A DNA stretch of 64,000 nt, taken from assembly GCF_009914755.1 (NCBI RefSeq), contig NC_060934.1. One strand, written 5' to 3'. Below, in pieces: positions 1 to 30,944 of this stretch (position 1 is its first letter; each line of letters opens with the position of its first letter). Both the position numbers and the translations under genes were made by a program. The notes below the pieces were generated by a model that saw nothing but the letters and a program-made list of their open reading frames with translations, made no database searches and had not been told where the DNA came from. The DNA comes from the human T2T-CHM13v2.0 reference genome, Homo sapiens.

Positions 1-1364
1 GGTATTTTCCATCTCACAGAGAAGGGCTATATTCACCTCTACCATACAGCCTGTTTTCTTATTCAAGGATGAAAATTACTAATCACTCAAAACCCGGAGA
101 CTGCCATACATGTAGTTAGCTTGTCCTTAGAACATGTTAATTGCTTTAAATATATAAATATTACAGTGCTGAGACCCTAAAAACAAATATTTTGAAATGT
201 TAAAGGGGCATATGACCAAACATATAATTATTTTTAGATGATGATTCAGTACAATTGCAACAAAGTTATTAATAAATTTAATGCAGTTACTTAATTAACC
301 CAGATACTTGGAGAGGAATCTTTCTCAGGACACTTGTGAAAAGGCATTCAGATACACACAGAAGCTCTGCCTCTAGACATCCTCATGATAATAATTATTG
401 TTAAAATCAACATATCAGAAAATGAAAATATTAACTATTATGCAAAATATATCAGACAAATGGGATTAAAAGTAGTTCTATTATTTTATTAGAGACTATC
501 ATTAAAATGGTTCATTAGTATCTTTTATTTCAAAGTTTCATACACAAAATAGTGGTGGGCTAAAGGAAATGCTTCGCAGCCACCTTGCTCTCCCTTCTAT
601 TCCTCATTCCCCTGCCTTTCCTCCCTTCAACCCCCCCAGGGAAAAAAACCCAACTCAATATAATATACAACACAGATTGCCGGCTACTACCAATAAAATC
701 TATTTAAGATTGCTTTTATGTTCCTCAGTTCCCTTGGTCTAAAACAATGGCTTTGATCAGTATTGCAAAATACAATACAAAGAGGCAAATGAAGCTTTGA
801 TTTAGACAGCACAAAGTTCTATTGCTGCCACAGAAGATGGTCACAGAAAGAGACATTTTCATACTTGGTTTAAACGGTGCTGCAGTAAACCATTATAATC
901 TGAGATTTGAGTCACTTCCAGTGAGCTAGAATTGTCTTTATAATAGCCATATCATCATGGCTGAAATAGGCATTTGATTATAATTTTAATATCACTCTGC
1001 TTTTCCGGTTGCTTGTATCAATGCTTGCTGTTAATGCCTTCAGTTTAAACTACATGCTCTTCATGGAAAAATTAATGCTGTACCTCAGCAAAAAAGCCAA
1101 AAAGTAAGCTGGACTCAGAACATTTTATAGTAGCTGTAATCAATGTTAACATATTCATTGAATTTTAAAAATTTTATACCAGGAACACCCATTTCTCTTC
1201 TCAACACTCCTTAAAAATATAAATTTTGCTTTCTGCATAAATTCACTCTGTCAAGGTCAAGACCCACCTTTAATAAATAAGACCTTTTCAAACAAAAGGT
1301 AAGCAATAGATTAACATAAAATTTGCAAAGGTAGTATTCAACGTCTCTCAGCAACTGCCTGTAT

Positions 1365-1432
1365 AGTTTGTTTTGTGTTCTTGGGGTTGTTTTTTGTTTT
1401 TTTGGGTTTTTTGTTTTTGTTTTTGTTTTTGC
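1365..1432. repeat. (TTTTTG)n-like simple repeat
   Basis: Direct reading. Confidence 0.8.
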
Positions 1433-1548
1433 TTATTTACAGCAAAGTGAGAAATAGATACCTCCTTCCCCTCCCCCACCACACACAATAGATATTCTTT
1501 TACATGCAATAACCCAATTTCAAGTAACAAAATCTTAGTAGCAGTTAC

Positions 1549-1840
1549 CTTTGAGTGTCCAGTTTTTAAGAATCGATAAAATTTAAAAGTATACAGTATT
1601 TATTTTCTTCTTTCAGGTTGATTATGTGACCGCTCTGGCAAAAGCACTTTGACAACTGTAAGATGAGAGGGCATGCGCACACAGGGAACTGTGGGGGCTG
1701 AAGTCCTTCACAAGGTACTCGATCTGACTTCAGCACGTTCAGCCGGGAAAGGAGGAAGTCTCACAAATACAGATTCTGAGGGGAAAAGGTTGTGTCCTGA
1801 TTACATTATATCCTCCTAACCAATCTAAATCACGAGTTGT
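1549..1840 (-). promoter_or_regulatory. Candidate internal promoter / alternative first exon of CPEB3
   Basis: Minus-strand donor AAG|GTAACT at 1549/1548; nearby NRF1-like GGGCATGCGCAC (1669-1680), ETS-like GAGGAAGT (1752-1759) and CCAAT (1820-1824) in a repeat-free block. Confidence 0.45.
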
Positions 1841-2398
1841 TGAAATAAAAGGGAAAAAAATAAACTGGTTTGTCAACTTGCCATAGGAAGCCAGGATAAA
1901 GGGAAACTGAATTGTAGTATTCAGAATAAATAAACCAAGCAGAGCTACCTTAAATGGTTAGAATGGTAATGACTGGGTAGCTAGCAATAGGAATCCTACT
2001 AGAAAGAGACTGGGGTGGAGAGGAATAGGCAAGGGAGGGGGAACTACTGGAGAATGTTAGATACTTAAAATCTGACCATACTTAAACACTTAAATAATTT
2101 TTTAAATTTTTCAGCAGAGATGGCATAAAAGAATCACTTTTAGTTTAGAATAAAAAACACCTTAATGTTAAATGTGATATCAACCTTAGAGGTCAGGTAA
2201 AAATAGATTTTAGTCATAAATTTTTGACATCCACCAGATTTCTTGTATTTTAGTTTTCAATGCAGGAACAAATCACTTATTTTAAGATTGTACCTGATAA
2301 GCTCTGAACCAACTCACCTCCTTATTTTTACTTGTCAAAATAAAAGTTCACCTTGCATTATTCATACAAAGGATTACTCAAATAAAATTCAACTCTTA

Positions 2399-3116
<718 letters not shown>

Positions 3117-3503
3117 AAGTTTCTATTAAAAACTGTTTTTTGGTATGGTTTTTCCTATTTTAACCTCATGATTCCAAGGCTGGAATCTCACAACATATTA
3201 AAATCAACTGCTATTATCTATAGCTTCTGAAAGCAATAGTTCAAGAACCGGTTTGTTCACGTAGGCAGAAGATATTTCTTGTGGGATTTGGTTCAGTGCT
3301 ACTCACCCAAGGGGTTAGCAATAAATGTCAGTTGATGACTATGCTGATTGAACTTGTAACTGAAAATGTCATCATTTAAAATTGTCTTAATTTTCTATTT
3401 CCCTTCTTCACCAATCAGAACTGAAGTATTACCAGAAACCACTGATTTGCAGCATACTGTAATCTTTGTTTCTAGTTATTTCTTAAAACAAACAAAAACC
3501 TAA

Positions 3504-3815
<312 letters not shown>

Positions 3816-4134
3816 AAGAATCTATTTTTTGACCCCCTAAGATTCTAGCCTAAGTCTGCAAGAAAAGAATCAGTTTGAATGAATCCACCAAAAGATCTAC
3901 GTAAAACAACTAAATGTTTACTTATTCCTACTGTAATGTGACCTTAGCTTATATTTCCCATTTTTTCTCTTCCTCTAGCCTCCTAAAGAAAGCTCCACTT
4001 TTGCCAAGGTGCTGTGGTCACTATTTGGATTCCAAAATTTGCAAGGATCAACCCAAGGTTAATGTTATTCCTGAAGACTTTGCTAACCTACCAAACTTTT
4101 GCCACATTTTCAAGTATTCTAACTAAAATAAAAT

Positions 4135-4778
<644 letters not shown>

Positions 4779-4891
4779 TTATAGCTTTAAGAAATGGATT
4801 TTCAAGTACTCCAAAGTAAAATAATCCTTCATAACATCCTTACAGCTTTAAGAAATAGATTTTTTAAATTATTTGAAATTAGGATGTCAAC

Positions 4892-5187
4892 TTTTTTTTT
4901 TTTTTGAGACAGAGTCTCACTCTGTTGCCCAGGCTGGAGTGCAGTGGCACAATCTCGGGCTCACTGCAACCTCCGCCTCCTGGGTCCAAGCGATTCTCCT
5001 GCCTCAGCCTCCCAAGTAGCTGGGGTTTCAGGCACCCACCACCACGCCCAGCTAATTTTTTGTACTTTTAGTAGAGACGGGGTTTCACCGTGTCAGCCAG
5101 GAGTGTCTTGATCTCCTTACCTCATGATCCACCCGCCTCGGCCTCCCAAAGTGCTGGGATTACAGGCATAAGCCACCACGCCCGGCC
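4892..5187 (-). mobile_element. Alu
   Basis: Reverse Alu; TSD taggatgtcaactt. Confidence 0.95.
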
Positions 5188-5596
5188 TAGGATGTCAACT
5201 TGTAATCAGTAACATAGAAATTTTTAAGTTATTCCTTTCAAAGTTATGACTTGAAATGGTTTCTCTGGGCATTTGTTAATCCACCTAACTCCAAGTGCAG
5301 GTCTATTAATATGCACAATGGACAAAAATAAACTTTGGCTCTAACCCTTGTTAAACCATAATTAACACTGCCCATACTTAATGGGATTGTATTGTATTGA
5401 AAAACACACTAATCTCTGCTTTTTTTCCCCTAAAATGAGCCTCAAATCTAAAAAGAAAATGACTCGAACATAAGCACCAAGGTATAAATACAGACGAAGA
5501 AAAGAAAAAATTATCAGAGAACCCTCCACAAGAACAAAGCCCTTCTCTACTGAAATGTTGTTTTTTTACTTAACCATAAAAGAGGTACCTTCTTTA

Positions 5597-6365
<769 letters not shown>

Positions 6366-6438
6366 ACAGCATAAACCCCTTTGGAGTAGCCATTAAAGGC
6401 TATAAAAATACTTCACAGAATTAACTCACTGAGATACA

Positions 6439-6796
6439 TAGTTATTCCTCGGTATCTTGTGGGCGTAGTTCCAAACCCCCTACCCCACCAAATATCAAAA
6501 TCCATGGATGCTCAAGTAAGTTCCTTATGTAAAATGGCATAGTATTTGCATACAACCTATGCACATCCTCCTGTATACTTTAAATCATCTCTAGGTTACT
6601 TATAATACCTAATACAATGTAAGTGTTATGTAAATAGTTGTTATACTATATTGTTTAGGGAATAATGACAAAAAAAGTTTGTACGTGTTCAGTACAAATG
6701 CAAGCATTCACTTTTTTTTCCAAATATTTTTGATCTGTGGTTGGTTGAATCAAAGAATATGTGGATATGGAACCCACAGATAAGAAAGGACAACTG
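6439..6796 (+). mobile_element. MER2 (TcMar-Tigger) DNA transposon fossil
   Basis: caaaatccatggatgctcaagt...aaaatggcatagtatttgcata...atactttaaatcatctctag; ends caactg-TA. Confidence 0.85.
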
Positions 6797-7269
6797 TACA
6801 TGGGTCAAATACATCATTTTGAGCTTCCTTCCTTCTTTTCCTTCCCTACTTACATCCCTAGCACAATGCTTATATGTCCTGGGTAGTTGGTAGGTGCACT
6901 ATACATGCTTGCTAAATATACGGATAAATGGATGGATGAATAAAGCATAGTTTTTCTATTACTTAAAACAGCCAGGTTCAAGTTAAGTATTAAATTCATT
7001 TAGAAGAGCAATTAATTTTCCCTTAGCTGCAAGGATGGGAAGGGGAGTGGTATAAAATAGAAAACCATTTTGGCTTTTATGATGTTCAGTAGTATGCAGA
7101 CTATTTGATTACCATCATGAAGTAACAGACACACACCCCGCCCTTCCACAGAAATTGTTTCTCCAAGATTATAATAGACGCCCTGAGCTAAGTCCAATGG
7201 ATATTTGTCAGTCTATCTTGCTTGACCTTGCAGCAACATTGACATAACTGACCACTCTTTCTGGATATA

Positions 7270-9675
<2,406 letters not shown>

Positions 9676-9744
9676 TACCTTCTTCCCTTTTCCTCCTTCC
9701 TTCATGCTGTCCTTTCTTAGTTTTCTAACATGTGGGATTGTATT

Positions 9745-9790
9745 CTCTCTTCTCTCTTCTCTCCTCTTCTCTCTCTCTCTCTCTCTCTTC
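9745..9790. repeat. (CT)n microsatellite
   Basis: Direct reading. Confidence 0.85.
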
Positions 9791-9799
9791 TTTGCTAAC

Positions 9800-11955
<2,156 letters not shown>

Positions 11956-11959
11956 AATA

Positions 11960-12620
<661 letters not shown>

Positions 12621-13035
12621 TGCAAAGTTCCTTGACTTCAAAGAGCTCACAGTCTAAGAAAAGAAATAATAATTTTGGTCAATTATTCAATATTCCCTAG
12701 GTAACCTAGAAAGCTTTTAAAAATGTTAAAAGCTACGGCAATTTACATGCAGGAAGTCCACATCTTCTGAGTGATGATCTGTTAAGTAATTCTAGACATG
12801 ACTAAGTTTGAGAACAGAATAAGAGAAAAGGGAGCAAAAAGGTAGCCAGGTGAGCTAGATGTAGCTTAGTGGACAATCTGGAGAGCACCTTGGGTTTTTT
12901 TATGTTTCTCACTCTCTGTTTGTTAGTCTTGGGTTAATTCGTTTCATTCATTCCATAATTTTATGAAGGGCCTCCTGGCCACAAAGTAGCAATTCCAATT
13001 TTACCTCCCTTTTTTATAGACCTTGTCTCTAACAT

Positions 13036-13383
13036 TTTTCTTTTTATACAGACAGAGTCTTGCTCGCTCAGTCACCCAAGCCAGAGTTCAGTGGCATGAT
13101 CATACCTCTCACTGTAGCCTTGATCTCCTTGGCTCAAGAGATCCTCCCACCTCAGTCTCCCAAGTACCTAGGACTACCGGCATATACCACCACACCCAGC
13201 TAATTTTTCTTTCCTTTTCCCTTTTCCTTATTTTTTTATTTTTTATTTTTATTTTTTTTTTTTTTTCTGGCGATGGAGTGCTGCCACATCACCCAGGCTA
13301 GTTTCAAATGCCGGGCCTCCAGTTATTCTCCCGCCTTGGCCTCGCAAAGTGTTGGGATTACAGGCATGAGCTGCTGCACCCAG
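13036..13383 (-). mobile_element. AluJ, diverged, with expanded linker
   Basis: Reverse Alu consensus. Confidence 0.9.
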
Positions 13384-13845
13384 TTCTCTTGTCTGTAACT
13401 CCTAAGAGAATACTGAGGCTATTAGGTAGTAATGTCTCCAATTTCCCTACTGCCCACCAACAAGCCCTCCCTTACAAACTTACCTGTATTCCCTTTCATA
13501 TTCCCTTTCCTCCTTTCTCAGAGGAAGCTGAGTCTCCCTACAAGACCACAATTAATCCCTCCTTCTGTGGTCTAGAACCCATTCCTTCTAGTTTCCTTGA
13601 GACCTAGCTCATTAATTTAATTATTCTCAGCTCTCTCATTCCCATTCCTGGCAGGCTATTTGAAAGAAACTCTAGATCTTAGTTAACTTCCTTACTTCCA
13701 GTTAACTCCCCAACTTACTGCAGTCTGGCTTCTGCCCCTACCATTCTACAAAAATTGCTCTTGGTACTGACATTACCAAAGTCACCAATGACCAACTAAC
13801 ACTTTTCAAGTCCTATTTTCTTTGTGCATTCTTCATAAAACACTT

Positions 13846-14141
13846 CTGATAAGAATTTAAGATGCCTTCCCAAGATTCCAGGCTAGAAGCTAAAAAAGAA
13901 CCCACATCCTATAACTGCAATTCTTCCAACAAGAAGGCACTTGAAGATGGATTTCTCCCAAGAGCTTCTAGATGAGAACTCCGCAGGGCCACCATCTTGA
14001 TTTCAGTCTATTAACACCCTGAACAAAGAACCTAACCGTGGTGCACCACACTTCTGACCTATGGAACTGTTAGTTAATAAATGTTGTTTTAAGCCATTAA
14101 GCTTGTGATGATTTGTTACACAACAGTAGCAAACTAATACA
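13846..14141 (+). mobile_element. MLT1 (MaLR) solo LTR within L2 remnants
   Basis: 3' end aataaatgttgttttaagcca...tttgttacacaacagtagcaaactaataca typical of MLT1. Confidence 0.75.
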
Positions 14142-14764
14142 ACACTATTCCATTTTCATTTAAGATACTGCTCTCCTGTATCTTTACTTATCTCTTAATG
14201 TTTCTTCTCAATCTTCTGCCCCTAAATACAGTCTCCCCCAGGGTTCTCCTAATTCTGCATACTCTCCCTAATCAATGTTATATTCATAAAGTTCACCACT
14301 GTTTAGGTCTCCGGATGAAATGTTTTTAAGCTACAGACTGCTTTTAACTATTTCTCTATCAGAAGATCCTATTAGCACCTCTTCTCCCATAAATTTGCTT
14401 GTGCATTTATATTTGGTTAACTTATCCTATTTAATGGCACCACCATCAGTGTAGTCACACAAGTTAGGAACCTGGACATGATTCTTCCTCTTTTCCCTGA
14501 GAGACAAGTCCAACTGGTTGATAAAACTTATTAATCCTGCCTCCTAAATTTCTGACTGACATCCTATCGTCTCCATTCACAACCAGTATAATACTGTACC
14601 TGAACTACAGCAGTGATCTCCTAATGTCTCTCATCTAGTATTCTTCCAAATGTGGCCTCCATACTAAATCCTGAGTAATCATTCGAACATAGTTTTACCA
14701 TGTTATGCCCCTTCCTAAAACTCTCCAATAACTTTTCCCTTGCCATGAGGATAAAATACAAACC

Positions 14765-15063
14765 TTTTTTCTTTTTTTTTTTTTTTGAAACAGAGTCTCA
14801 CTCTGTTGCCCAGCTAGAGTGCGGTGGCGCATCTTGGCTCACTGCAACCTCCGCCTCCTGGGTTCAAGCAATTCTCCTGCCTCAGCCTCCTGAGTAGCTG
14901 GGACTACAGGCACGTGCCACCACACCCAGCTAATTTTTGTATTTTTAGTAGATGGGGTTTCACCATGTTGGCCAGGATGGTCTCGATCTCTTGACCTCGT
15001 GATCCGCCCGCCTCAGCCTCTCAAAGTACTGGGATTACAGGCATGAGCCACTGTGCCCAGCCC
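14765..15063 (-). mobile_element. AluSc-type
   Basis: Reverse Alu consensus. Confidence 0.95.
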
Positions 15064-15658
15064 AAACTTAACTCTTCTACACGTACTCTTCCCAGCCATG
15101 CCAACCTAACTCAAATGTCCATTATTTGAAGCTTTCCTTGACCATGTAAGCAGAATTGCTGATTCCTTCCTTTATACAACTTTGTAAGACACATATATCT
15201 CTATTACAGTATTTATTCTTCATATTTCAGTGTAATTATTTGTTTACACATCTGCCTTTCCTAGAAGACCTCCAGGTTTGGGACTATATTCATCTTTGTA
15301 ACCCAGGTACTGGGCCTAAAACATAGAGATACTGGATAAAAGTTTGTTTATCAAATCAAAGAACAGATACCTTTTATCCCAATTTGTTGAAATGTAAAGC
15401 ACTTCTTTAACATTAGACAAAGAGAAGTTCTATGGATTCTATTGCCATAGAATGTGTTCCAAAACCCTATGCTTAATAATACAAAGTTTAATGTTTATGA
15501 AGACATTCCATATTGAAATTCAGTATAATTTACCTTTCTCCTGTTGGAGGATATTTGATTTGTTTCCAAGTTTTCACTATTTTCCAAACTGACTGTTTCC
15601 TTGAGCCATATTTCTAAAGAAGAAATTGCTCAATTGGAAGGCATAACATTGATTTTGA

Positions 15659-17975
<2,317 letters not shown>

Positions 17976-18149
17976 CTATCTGTACCACATTTTTATTGCT
18001 TTGCATTTGCATTTCTGTTTACCTCTTCTGGCATATAATTATGTTAATTACCAAACTAGAACTCTAAGCTTCTTGAGGCCAGGCACTGCAACTTATCTTT
18101 TTTTCTTTCTCAGAGCCAGTATAATATCTTGCATAGAGCTTAGTAACAA

Positions 18150-18370
18150 TTGCAGCTAACGTTTATGTGGCAAATACTGTGTGCTTGATACAATGCTAGG
18201 TACTTCCACACATTAATTCATTTAACCCATACAATAAATCTATGAGGTAAATACTGTTCTTGTCCCTAGTTGCAGATGACAAAACATAAACTTAGGTGAC
18301 TTACCTGCACACTGTCACAAAACTCGTGGCAGAACTAGGACCTAATTTCAGTTCTGCTTGACTCTACAGC
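18150..18370. mobile_element. MIR
   Basis: MIR-core-like atttaacccatacaa...tgcagatgacaaaac...gtgacttacc. Confidence 0.6.
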
Positions 18371-18623
18371 TGTCTTTTGGCTCCTCACACAAGCAAGTCC
18401 TTTTGTCCTACTTGATCCATGAAGACCAGGAGATAGCTTGGACTTCACAGTTGTTAAGAGGGCAAATTGTGGTTCAGCAACTTTTCTTTCTCCCACTGAC
18501 ACAAAGCTTTTATGTAATGACCTTTCCCTGAAAACCAGAGATAAGCTCTAACCAAATAATTCTGAATATCATTGATGGGCAAGACCCAGTCTTACTGCAG
18601 GGTATCCTAAAATCATGTCTTCT

Positions 18624-18924
18624 GGCTGGGCGTGGTGGCTCATGCCTGTAATCCCAGCACTTTGGGAGGCAGAGGCGGGCAGATCACCTGAGGTCAGGAG
18701 CTTGAGAACAGCCTGACCAATATGATGAAACCCCATCTCTACTAAAAATACAAAAATTAGCCAGGTGTGGTGGCATGCGCCTGTAATCCCAGCTACTCGG
18801 GAGGCTGAGACAGGAGAATCACTTGAACCCAGGAAGCAGAGGTTTCAGTGAGCCGGGACCACACCACTGCACTCCAGCCTGGGCAACAAGAGCAAAACTC
18901 CTTCTCAAAAAAAAAAAAAAAAAA
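18624..18924 (+). mobile_element. Alu (S-type)
   Basis: Alu consensus. Confidence 0.95.
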
Positions 18925-18954
18925 TCATTTGTCTTCAAGATAATTTTTTGACTG

Positions 18955-19276
<322 letters not shown>

Positions 19277-19704
19277 TAAGATGATTATTCATCGAAAGTA
19301 CTAATTTTAGTCTTCAGAGATCCAGTGAGCAAGGCTGGTCCAGGCCTGAAGTAATGAAAAAAACCTTTGTTTGCTACAACCTCTGCCTTAACAGCCAGTA
19401 GCTAGTAGGTTCTGTACAAGCTGATGAGTCACAGGGATCATCAGGGGAAAAAAAAAAGGGCAATAGTCAATATGTCTACACAGGTAGCCCTTGGATTCTA
19501 GTATTTGAAACCAAGTAGTATTTGTGTAATATCAGTGTCTTACATTCACAAAGGCATTAGACTTTATCTAACTCCTTCACCTTTATTATCTCACTTGATG
19601 TTAACAGCCCTGTGCAGTGAAAGACAGTATAGACAGGATCCTCACATTCATTCACTTCTGCAGACTGTTCAGTGTGCCAGAAGGCTAGCCAAGAAGGCTA
19701 GTGA

Positions 19705-20103
<399 letters not shown>

Positions 20104-20649
20104 TCTTTTTTCTGAATTTCTACAAAGGGACTATGTGAGCAGGCAACAGCACTTAGGATGACTGTTGGGATCCCCACCTTAAAGATGTGAAAATCCAGGC
20201 TCAGATATGTTACAAGACACAACTAATAAGTGGTGAGTCCAAGATTAGAATTCAAGTCTTCCAATTCATTAGTAAGCAAGCCTTTTCAACTATACTACAA
20301 GTCTCCCAATGGTTCAATTTAATATGTGTTATTTCTGTCTTGTCATGTTGCAGACTGGTATCCTCAGCCCCTTGCTCTAACCAACTGAAGCAATATCTAT
20401 AGGTTTTTGGCATAGCTGTAATCTGAAGTCATATCTGTTCTCTTCTTGAGGAAGCTGAGAAATAGATATATGCACCAAATGTCCTAAGAGAGATACTTTA
20501 GATGAATCTACCACTTTTGAAAAAGAAATTAGACCACCTGCCCTAATGCTGCTAACAGATCACGATATCATCACAGTAACAGGGTATCAACATTATATTA
20601 TGGAGATGATGTGTAAAAAGAACATGGGATATAAAATCTAATTATCTAA

Positions 20650-21070
<421 letters not shown>

Positions 21071-21180
21071 ACAACCCCATGTTCTCAATTTCTCAGTCTT
21101 TGTTTCCTCTGGAATAAAATGGAGATAATATTAACAGCTGCCTAAATAATTAGAATCATAAAAGTGTGCATTAAAGCATC

Positions 21181-22179
<999 letters not shown>

Positions 22180-22401
22180 AGATTTTAAAATTAGTTTTAA
22201 AAATTTGTGTATTGAGAGAATTTCCTCATCATCTGGTGATGATGTTTATACTAACTAGCATTCCCTGATCATTTAGTCTATGTAGGCATCTAGATAAGAA
22301 TTTTATATGTCTTATCAGTTAATCCTCATAATAACCCTAAAAGATGGAAGCTATCATTCTTCTCATTTTTCAGATAAGGAAACTTAGAAATAATCAATAA
22401 T

Positions 22402-24135
<1,734 letters not shown>

Positions 24136-24173
24136 AAAAGTTTTCTTTTTTTTTTTTTTCAAATAGAAACTCT

Positions 24174-24598
24174 TGCTACAGTTTGAATGTTTGTGTCCTC
24201 CAAAACTCATTTTGAAACTTAATCCCCAGTGTGGCAGTGTTGAGAGGTGGAGCCTTGAGGAGGTAACTAGATTATGTGGGCTCTGCCCTCATGAATGGAT
24301 TAATCCACTCATGGATTAATGGGTTAATGAATTAATGGATTATGATAAAGGTGGGACTGTTAGCTTTACAAGAAGAGGAAGAGAAACCTGAGCTTAGTGC
24401 CCTCGACATGTGATGCCCTACACAGCCTTGGGACTCTGCAGTCTCCACCAGCAAGAAGGGCCTCAACAGATGTGGCAGATACAGCACCTCAGCCTTAGAC
24501 TTCTCAGCCTACATAACTGTAAGAAATAAATTTATTTTCTTTATAAATTACCCACTTTCCAATATTCTGTCATAAGCGACAGAAAACAGACTAAGACA
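24174..24598 (+). mobile_element. MST (MSTD-like, MaLR) solo LTR
   Basis: tgctacagtttgaatg...gccctcatgaatggattaatcc...aataaattt...ataaattaccca...gactaagaca; TG...CA ends. Confidence 0.88.
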
Positions 24599-25105
24599 GC
24601 CCATAAAGCATTCCTTTGAAACATCCCACTCTAAACAACCCCAGCCTTTCCCAGAAGAGGCAGGAGGAGGAAAAGAGAAGTTTATCTGTTCTCTTAAGGG
24701 AAAGGTATTGTTTTGCCTCTCCTTTCTAAAGAGGCTTCTTTCTAAAGTCACTGCAGTTTGCACGGTTGGTCCTCTTAGAACAAAAAAGAAAGCACAAGCC
24801 CTAAGCTTCATATGCAGAAATCATCTTCAAATTCATTAATTCAATACATTTACTGAGCACCTATTATATGGTGGGCTCCCAACACTCACTATTCCTCTTT
24901 CCGTCTACATGCATGATCAAGAGTACTCAAAAGTAGTAAACCAAAAAGACAAGCTTATCCTACAATGGGAAGCGGGAGGGGGAAGGAAAAGGATGGCTAC
25001 TAAAAACAAAAATTAAAAAAAAATCAGATGGGTATAAAAGCGCTAGAAAGAACAAAAGGGTGATGTGACTGACAGATCTGGTAGAATATTTAGCTTAGAT
25101 GGTCA

Positions 25106-25441
<336 letters not shown>

Positions 25442-25532
25442 TTAAAAGAAGGAGCCATCCATATGGCTGGTGGTAGAGGATGCAGAGGGAACAATTAATG
25501 TGAAAATCCTAATGCAGGAGTAAGGCTTTCAA

Positions 25533-25728
25533 GCTGGGGTTGGCAAATTTTTTCTGTAGCACCACATAGTAAATATTTTAGGCTTTGTTAAGTCACAGAA
25601 AGTCTCTTGTTACATACTCTTCTTGTTCTTGTTGTTTTACAACCCTTTAAAAATATAAAAACCATTCTTAGTTTTGGCAGTATAAAAACAGGTCTCCAGA
25701 AAAATTTGACCTCTGCCAAGACTCCTGC
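25533..25728. mobile_element. MER58-like (hAT-Charlie)
   Basis: ggggttggcaaatttttttctgta...agtaaatattttaggctttg...aaaaccattcttag. Confidence 0.7.
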
Positions 25729-26167
25729 TTTAGAGGAACACACAATCTATTGGAGCTAGAGGGTAAGTGGACCAGAAGGAAAGCAACACAGGATGAGGTG
25801 TGAAAGGCAGTCAGCAGCCAGATCATAGAGGAGACCTTTTAGACTAAGTTAAGAATTTTTTTAAGTGTGATGGGAATCCCCTGGAGAGTTGTAAGCAGAG
25901 CTGTGACATGCTTTAAAAAGGTCACCTTGGCTGTGTGTGAAGAACAGACTGTGGCAGAGTTAAGAGTAGAAACAGAAACAGATTAGGAGATTGGTTATTA
26001 TATTATCCAGGCAGGTAAGGATGAGTGTGATGATGGTGGCAGAGATGGAAAGGACTGAACAGGAAGTGAACTGAACACCTCCAATGAAAGCCATGTTTAT
26101 TATTGATTAACAAAATCATGGAAGGATTCTTGAAATTTTCGTTTAAAATCAAAAGAGCTTGTGTTGA

Positions 26168-26837
<670 letters not shown>

Positions 26838-27905
26838 TGTTTCTCTAATTTTAGAGTGTACTGCAGTCACCCAAAAGAAAACTGCTATTTTAAAATCTGA
26901 GAAACTTCCAACTTCCCTTGGCAACACACCCTTCTCTCTCAAAGTTTTCACCATAAGGAGGTTGTAAACATAAGTTGGTCTCACACAACTTGAACTCACT
27001 TTCTTCTTCTTCTGTTGATAAAAACACTACTGAACATTTTTGAAATTTCATTGAGTGTACATTTAATTTGGGTACATTTTTGTATATTTATTAAAACTTA
27101 TTAAACATTTGGGAGGGGGTGGCAGAACAAAACGTTACAGACACAGAAAGAGGTTTCCATGATGGCAACCATTGGGGTGGGGAGATTAACTGGGGAGTTT
27201 CATAGGTTGAGTTCCTTGGAAACACTACGAAACCAAGATTTGCATGCAAGAAATTTCAGGAGGGCACAATTGGCAAATACACTTGCAATGAAATGGGGAA
27301 GTCAGGATTAGTCAGAGGGAGACACTGACCCCTACTATAGCTGCAATTAAGTCCTCAGTTGATTCTGTGATGAGCTCTGGAACTGGAATGATCCCTCAGT
27401 CACATCCTCAAATGAGTAAGGAAGCTGGATCTTTGTACCCTGCATCAGCCAATCACTGGCTGTGGGCTCCTTGGGAGCACAACCTTGGGCAAGACAGTTT
27501 TCCATATCCTAAGGCAATGCCCAGGAAAAAAAAAAAGGCTTCAAGATATCAACAGCTAAAATTCCCAGCAGCTAAGGGATCATCACCCATGAAGACGGGA
27601 TTTGGGCTGAAACACCACAGTATCTACTATCATGGCAAAGTGTTTTACCATGGGCAAATAGTATTTTTATTAAAATACTATAGGAAGTTTTAGTATACCA
27701 AATATGCTAATTAGCATACCAATTAGTATTTTTATTAAAATACTAATTTTTACCATGGAATATAGCATTTCACCATGAATATAGAGTATTTTTATTAAAA
27801 ATAAACAATCTTCATGTTCAAATATTTGGGAACACTTTTTTATACATGTTGCTGGAAAAGTGACTCAAGTGTCATTTCAACTGTGCATCTTGACCCAGCT
27901 GATGA

Positions 27906-28270
<365 letters not shown>

Positions 28271-28800
28271 TGATACGACAGAAAAGGATTCATCTATCCT
28301 TTTCTGTCACTGTCACCAATTCTGGTCCCCACCTTCATCTTCTCAAACTTAAAATTCTCCTGTCTCCAATTTTATCAAGTTGTTATGGGGGGTGGGGGGG
28401 AAGGTAAGAGGATGCTCATGGCATCCCTTGCATTAATTCCTCAAACAGTCACTGAGAGCCTATGCAAGGTAGTAGGGAAACAGTACTGAGCAAGAAGATA
28501 AATTTCCTCTATCTCTTATGGACATTAATTTCAAGTGAATAAGAGAGACTTCAATCAATTCCATGATGAATAACTTCACGGCAGTTGTGATTAAAATGCT
28601 ATGAAAAAGTAGCAGACATATGAAACCCCTGGTTTAGGGGGTCAGAAAGGGTTTTCTGGAGTAACGTCAGCCTTAAAGAACAAACAGATAAAGTGCAAAG
28701 GAAGTACATTCCATGCAAAGGGAATACCATGCTTCTTCCTACCATTAGGATCTGAAGGAGAAGGAGGTGATACATTCATGAAACTAAAGAAAGTCAGTAG

Positions 28801-30930
<2,130 letters not shown>

Positions 30931-30944
30931 TCCTTATAAGTGTC

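Noticed and set aside
27643-27803. CRISPR-like reading of the spaced palindromic repeats
   Set aside because: Primate intron, only three short AT-rich copies, spacers share sequence with each other, and no cas genes.
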